The notes beneath the pieces are model-generated. The model was given only the letters and a program-made list of their open reading frames with translations. It did not search any database and had not been told where the DNA came from. Of a stretch of DNA of 64,000 nt, positions 61,252 through 64,000 are shown piece by piece. The first letter of the stretch is position 1. Every line of letters starts with the position of its first letter. The position numbers were made by a program, and so were the translations under genes. The stretch spans positions 9,827 through 73,826 of the forward strand of contig JAUVHO010000005.1 of the NCBI GenBank assembly GCA_030593295.1. Direction: 5' to 3'. This stretch comes from Methanomassiliicoccales archaeon (lineage in GTDB: Archaea > Thermoplasmatota > Thermoplasmata > RBG-16-68-12 > SOIM01).

Positions 61252-62582
61252 TTCTTGGTGTTCTCCTTGCACTCATTTTGCACGCCACACTCCTCACAAC
61301 CCTCTTCCCCTTCTTCGTGATCCCCAAAGCAGGGATAATCGTCCTTGTTGATCTTCTTCTTGATCCTGAGCCTCTTGGCCTTGTTCAGCATCTTCTTGGC
61401 GTTCTTGAACTTCGGGTCCAGCTCGATGACCTTCTCGAATGCCGCGACGGCCTGCTTCTTCTGCTTCAGGTCCAATTGGATCGAGCCCTTGTAGAACCAC
61501 ATCTCCGCGTTCGCCGGTCTGATCTTCAGGATCTTGTCCAGTTCCTTGGCCACTTTGTTCTTCTTGCCCATTTCCTCCAGCAGGATGACCTTGTTCTTTC
61601 GGGCGTCCATGAACTCCGGGTCCGCCTCGGTGGCCCTTTCATAGAAAGTCAACGCCTTCTCGTTGTCGCCGGTGGCTTTCAGTGCCAGCGCCTTGTTGCT
61701 GAGGATCTCCGCGTTCTTGGGGTCCTTCTTCAAGACCTGGTCGTACGCCTTGATCGCTTCCTCATACCTTTCCAGCTCGTGCAGGGTGGCCCCCTTGTTC
61801 AACCATGCCTGTGTATAATTCTCATTGATGCTGATCGCCTGATCGTAAGCCTCCAGTTCCTCCTCGTGCCTTTCAAGTTTGTACAACGATGTTCCCAGCC
61901 CGAGCCACAGTTCCACGTCCCCGATGTTGCACATGAGAGCCTGTTTGTACGCATCCAGCGCCAGGTCCCACTCGTCCATTCTCTCCAGGGTCCTTGCTTT
62001 GAGAGTCCATGCGGGGTCGTAGTTCGGCTTGAGAAGGATGGCCCGATTGGAATAGTTCAATGCGGTCTCAAGATCTACCCTCTTCAAGGCGCTGACGCCG
62101 GCCTCCATGAGGTTCTCCAGCTCGCCAACGCTCGGCAGGAACCTGGCACCCTCTTCTCCGAGAAGTCCAGCGTCCCTCTTCCTCTGCACGTCCCCCAGGA
62201 GACTGAACTCCCGCAGGAGGCCTATGAAATCGCTGCCTCCGATGAGGTCCACGTCCATGGCGTCGCCGTAGTTCAGTGCTTCTCTTGAGAAATCCTCGGT
62301 CGAGACGAACATTCCGTTGAAGTCCTTCTTCTGATGGACCAGGTCCTGTATCTCCTCTGGTTGGACGCTACCCCTCTTCAGACCGACGACGTACTCAAGC
62401 GCCTCCTCACCGGGCGTCCTCTTCTCCGCCTCTACCAGCAGGTGGTCTCCGGACCTCCGTGACGATTTGATGTTGAAATCCATCTCTTCCAGGAGCTTTG
62501 AGAACAATTCCCTGAACTCTGAATCCTCCATCTCGTTCAGCTGCTCGACCAATTCCTCTGCTCCATCCCTGCTACCCATCAT
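61248..62582 (-). CDS. Mrr-like restriction-endonuclease-fold domain fused to TPR repeats and a C-terminal Cys cluster
   Basis: The N-terminus reads FRELFSKLLEEMDFNIKSSRRSGDHLLVEAEKR..YVVGLKRGSV..GMFVSTEDFSREALNYG..VDLIGGSDFIGLL, which fits the Mrr_cat layout. About 7 TPR units follow, then DYPCFGDHEEGEEGCEECGVQNEC. Confidence 0.55.
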   Translation of the reverse strand: MMGSRDGAEELVEQLNEMEDSEFRELFSKLLEEMDFNIKSSRRSGDHLLVEAEKRTPGEEALEYVVGLKRGSVQPEEIQDLVHQKKDFNGMFVSTEDFSREALNYGDAMDVDLIGGSDFIGLLREFSLLGDVQRKRDAGLLGEEGARFLPSVGELENLMEAGVSALKRVDLETALNYSNRAILLKPNYDPAWTLKARTLERMDEWDLALDAYKQALMCNIGDVELWLGLGTSLYKLERHEEELEAYDQAISINENYTQAWLNKGATLHELERYEEAIKAYDQVLKKDPKNAEILSNKALALKATGDNEKALTFYERATEADPEFMDARKNKVILLEEMGKKNKVAKELDKILKIRPANAEMWFYKGSIQLDLKQKKQAVAAFEKVIELDPKFKNAKKMLNKAKRLRIKKKINKDDYPCFGDHEEGEEGCEECGVQNECKENTKK

Positions 62583-63997
62583 TCCTCCTCCTTCTGGTGG
62601 ACCCTCTTCAGGCCCTCCTTGGCGTTGTGGAAGCTCTTGTTCAGTTTAAGAGCCTTCTTGTAGCATGTCTCGGCCCTCGTGTAGTCCTTCTTCTTCTCCA
62701 GCGCCAGACCCTTTCCGTACCAGCCGTGTGGGTCGCTGGAGTCTATCTTTATGGCCTTATCGTAGTTGTCCACCGCGACATCATAATCTCCCTGACGTAA
62801 ATGAATTTCGGCCTTGCCCATCCAGGGTTCAGCGTAGTTCCACTTCAGTGCGATGGATCTGTTGTAGAGCTGTATGGCGGCGCCCCATCTTCCCTTCCTG
62901 TTGAGAACGTGGGCCCTCTTGCACCAAGCACGTTCGTCGCCCGGAGACAGCCTGATGGCCTGCTGGAGGAACTTGTCCGCTTCCTCCACATCCGATAGGT
63001 TCAGCATTGCATCCCCCAGTCCGACGAGCGCGTCCACATCCTCCGACTGGACCTGAAGTATTGAATTGTAGCATAGAATGGCGTCCCCGAAGTCGCCTGC
63101 GTAGGAAAAGGCCTCTGCCCTCTCCCTCAAGTACTGCGCGTTCTTCGGATCGAGCTCCAGGAACCTTCTGAGGGACCTGATGGCCTCCATCGGATAACCC
63201 TCCAGCATGAGCAGGTTGGCGTGCTCCATCCACGCCCTCTGGTTCTTTGGATTGAGCTCCAGCGCCCTCTGATAACTGTTCAGCGCCTCCCTGGACTTGC
63301 CTATGGTAGTGAATACCTCCGCCTTGTTGAACCAGGCCTCCTCGTTGTCCGGGTTGTTCTTGGTTATGGTGTTGAGGTTGTCCAGCGCCTCCTCGAACTT
63401 GTCCTCCTCGAGACATATCATGGCCTCTTCCATAAGCTGGAATTCGTCCCTGGGCATCTGCTCTGTCTTCTCGGCGGTCTCGTCCAGTATCTTCCTCAGC
63501 CTCTCCGCCGCGGACTTGGTGAGATTCCCGGCCTCCTTCAGCTCCTCGATGTCGGCCTCTTGATAAGTGGCAAGCGTGGTGTAACCTTTCCTCCAGAACG
63601 CCAGGACGTTGTCCTTGTCGAGGGAGGCCACCCTTTCGAGCAGGTCGCAGACCTCGTCCTTCTCCTGCTCTTCGCGTGCGATCTCTGCCTCGCGTTCCTT
63701 CAACTCGGTGAACTTGGTAGCCAGCTCATTCTCCCTCTCCTCCATTTCCAGCCTGACGGTGTCCATCTCCTCCCTCTCGGTCTCCAGCCTTTTCTTTTCC
63801 TCGACCAGTGCGGCGTTGTCGACCGCGTCCCCGGGCCTTCCCGGACCTTTGGCACCGCCTTTTCCGTCCAGTGTCAACGCGGCCTGATAGAGGTCCCATT
63901 CCTCCCTCCTGTCTACGGACGGGAGCAGATTGGAGGCCTTGGCTAGACACTCCTTGGATTCATCCGGGTCCCCAGATTCTTCGTGAGCGTAACCCAT
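62579..63997 (-). CDS. coiled-coil plus TPR protein (N-terminus may lie beyond the window end)
   Basis: 472 aa from the ATG at 63997, with no upstream stop before the window ends. It contains EEKKRLETEREEMDTVRLEMEERENELATKFTELKEREAEI and about 8 TPR units. It has an ATGA overlap with the next gene at 62579-62582. Confidence 0.55.
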   Translation of the reverse strand: MGYAHEESGDPDESKECLAKASNLLPSVDRREEWDLYQAALTLDGKGGAKGPGRPGDAVDNAALVEEKKRLETEREEMDTVRLEMEERENELATKFTELKEREAEIAREEQEKDEVCDLLERVASLDKDNVLAFWRKGYTTLATYQEADIEELKEAGNLTKSAAERLRKILDETAEKTEQMPRDEFQLMEEAMICLEEDKFEEALDNLNTITKNNPDNEEAWFNKAEVFTTIGKSREALNSYQRALELNPKNQRAWMEHANLLMLEGYPMEAIRSLRRFLELDPKNAQYLRERAEAFSYAGDFGDAILCYNSILQVQSEDVDALVGLGDAMLNLSDVEEADKFLQQAIRLSPGDERAWCKRAHVLNRKGRWGAAIQLYNRSIALKWNYAEPWMGKAEIHLRQGDYDVAVDNYDKAIKIDSSDPHGWYGKGLALEKKKDYTRAETCYKKALKLNKSFHNAKEGLKRVHQKEEE

Positions 63998-64000
63998 GAT

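Noticed and set aside
826-63950. Many 60-250-aa ORFs in the track lying antisense to or out of frame within larger genes (e.g. 1595..2212-, 3109..3501+, 10578..11045-, 11322..12080-, 20618..21136-, 39013..39642-, 43495..44124+, 61278..62288+, 62829..63416-)
   Set aside because: Each is fully nested in a longer ORF that has clear family motifs. Their translations are low-complexity (Arg/Ser/Pro/Leu-rich), typical of shadow frames in G+C-rich coding DNA.
1-64000. In-frame TAG (pyrrolysine) or TGA (selenocysteine) recoding in enzymes
   Set aside because: Apart from the antitoxin/toxin TGA junction, which is reported separately, no recognisable gene appears split by an in-frame stop. I saw no SECIS-like or Pyl-system genes.

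Overview
This is an archaeal chromosome segment, most consistent with an uncultured Thermoplasmatota-type euryarchaeon. That placement is an inference from an archaeal ThrRS with an N-terminal editing domain, FtsZ, Orc1/Cdc6, fibrillarin, deoxyhypusine synthase, a uS15 plus RecJ/GAN pair, TATA-box or leaderless promoters and oligo-T terminators. I found no rRNA gene, intact tRNA, CRISPR array or transposase.

Housekeeping and metabolic genes: folP (partial), thrS, ftsZ, an LsrF-like class I aldolase with a Zn-ADH, a PEPCK-like gene, a COG3199 kinase followed by tdh and kbl, an ABC/FtsX exporter, dys, NIF3, orc1/cdc6, recJ/GAN, rps15, an MscS-like channel and flpA. Several very large secreted or surface proteins are interleaved with these (PKD, LTD, vWA, FN3, Kelch).

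Two regions look accessory:
- 22.4-27.8 kb holds small cassettes separated by a dispersed ~50-bp repeat, plus a RelE-type toxin-antitoxin pair whose toxin lacks a start codon.
- About 30.9-37.2 kb is visibly AT-richer. It carries a tightly overlapped three-gene operon of winged-helix paralogues (one with a PLD-like C-terminal domain), a divergent fourth paralogue, a methyltransferase, a solo AbrB, an RdhA-like Fe-S protein and a Shedu (DUF4263)-like nuclease.

The best candidates for something undescribed:
1. The wHTH/PLD-like operon at 30967-33663.
2. A single-chain double-RHH protein upstream of ftsZ, with three 22-bp-phased TGTCNGACA operators.
3. A translationally coupled trio of TPR proteins fused to Mrr-nuclease, SAP-like and HhH modules at 59998-63997.
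4. Dyad plus G-string repeats in front of an orphan Cas2-like ORF, about 1.5 kb from orc1.

All family assignments come from motif recognition by eye. No searches were run.
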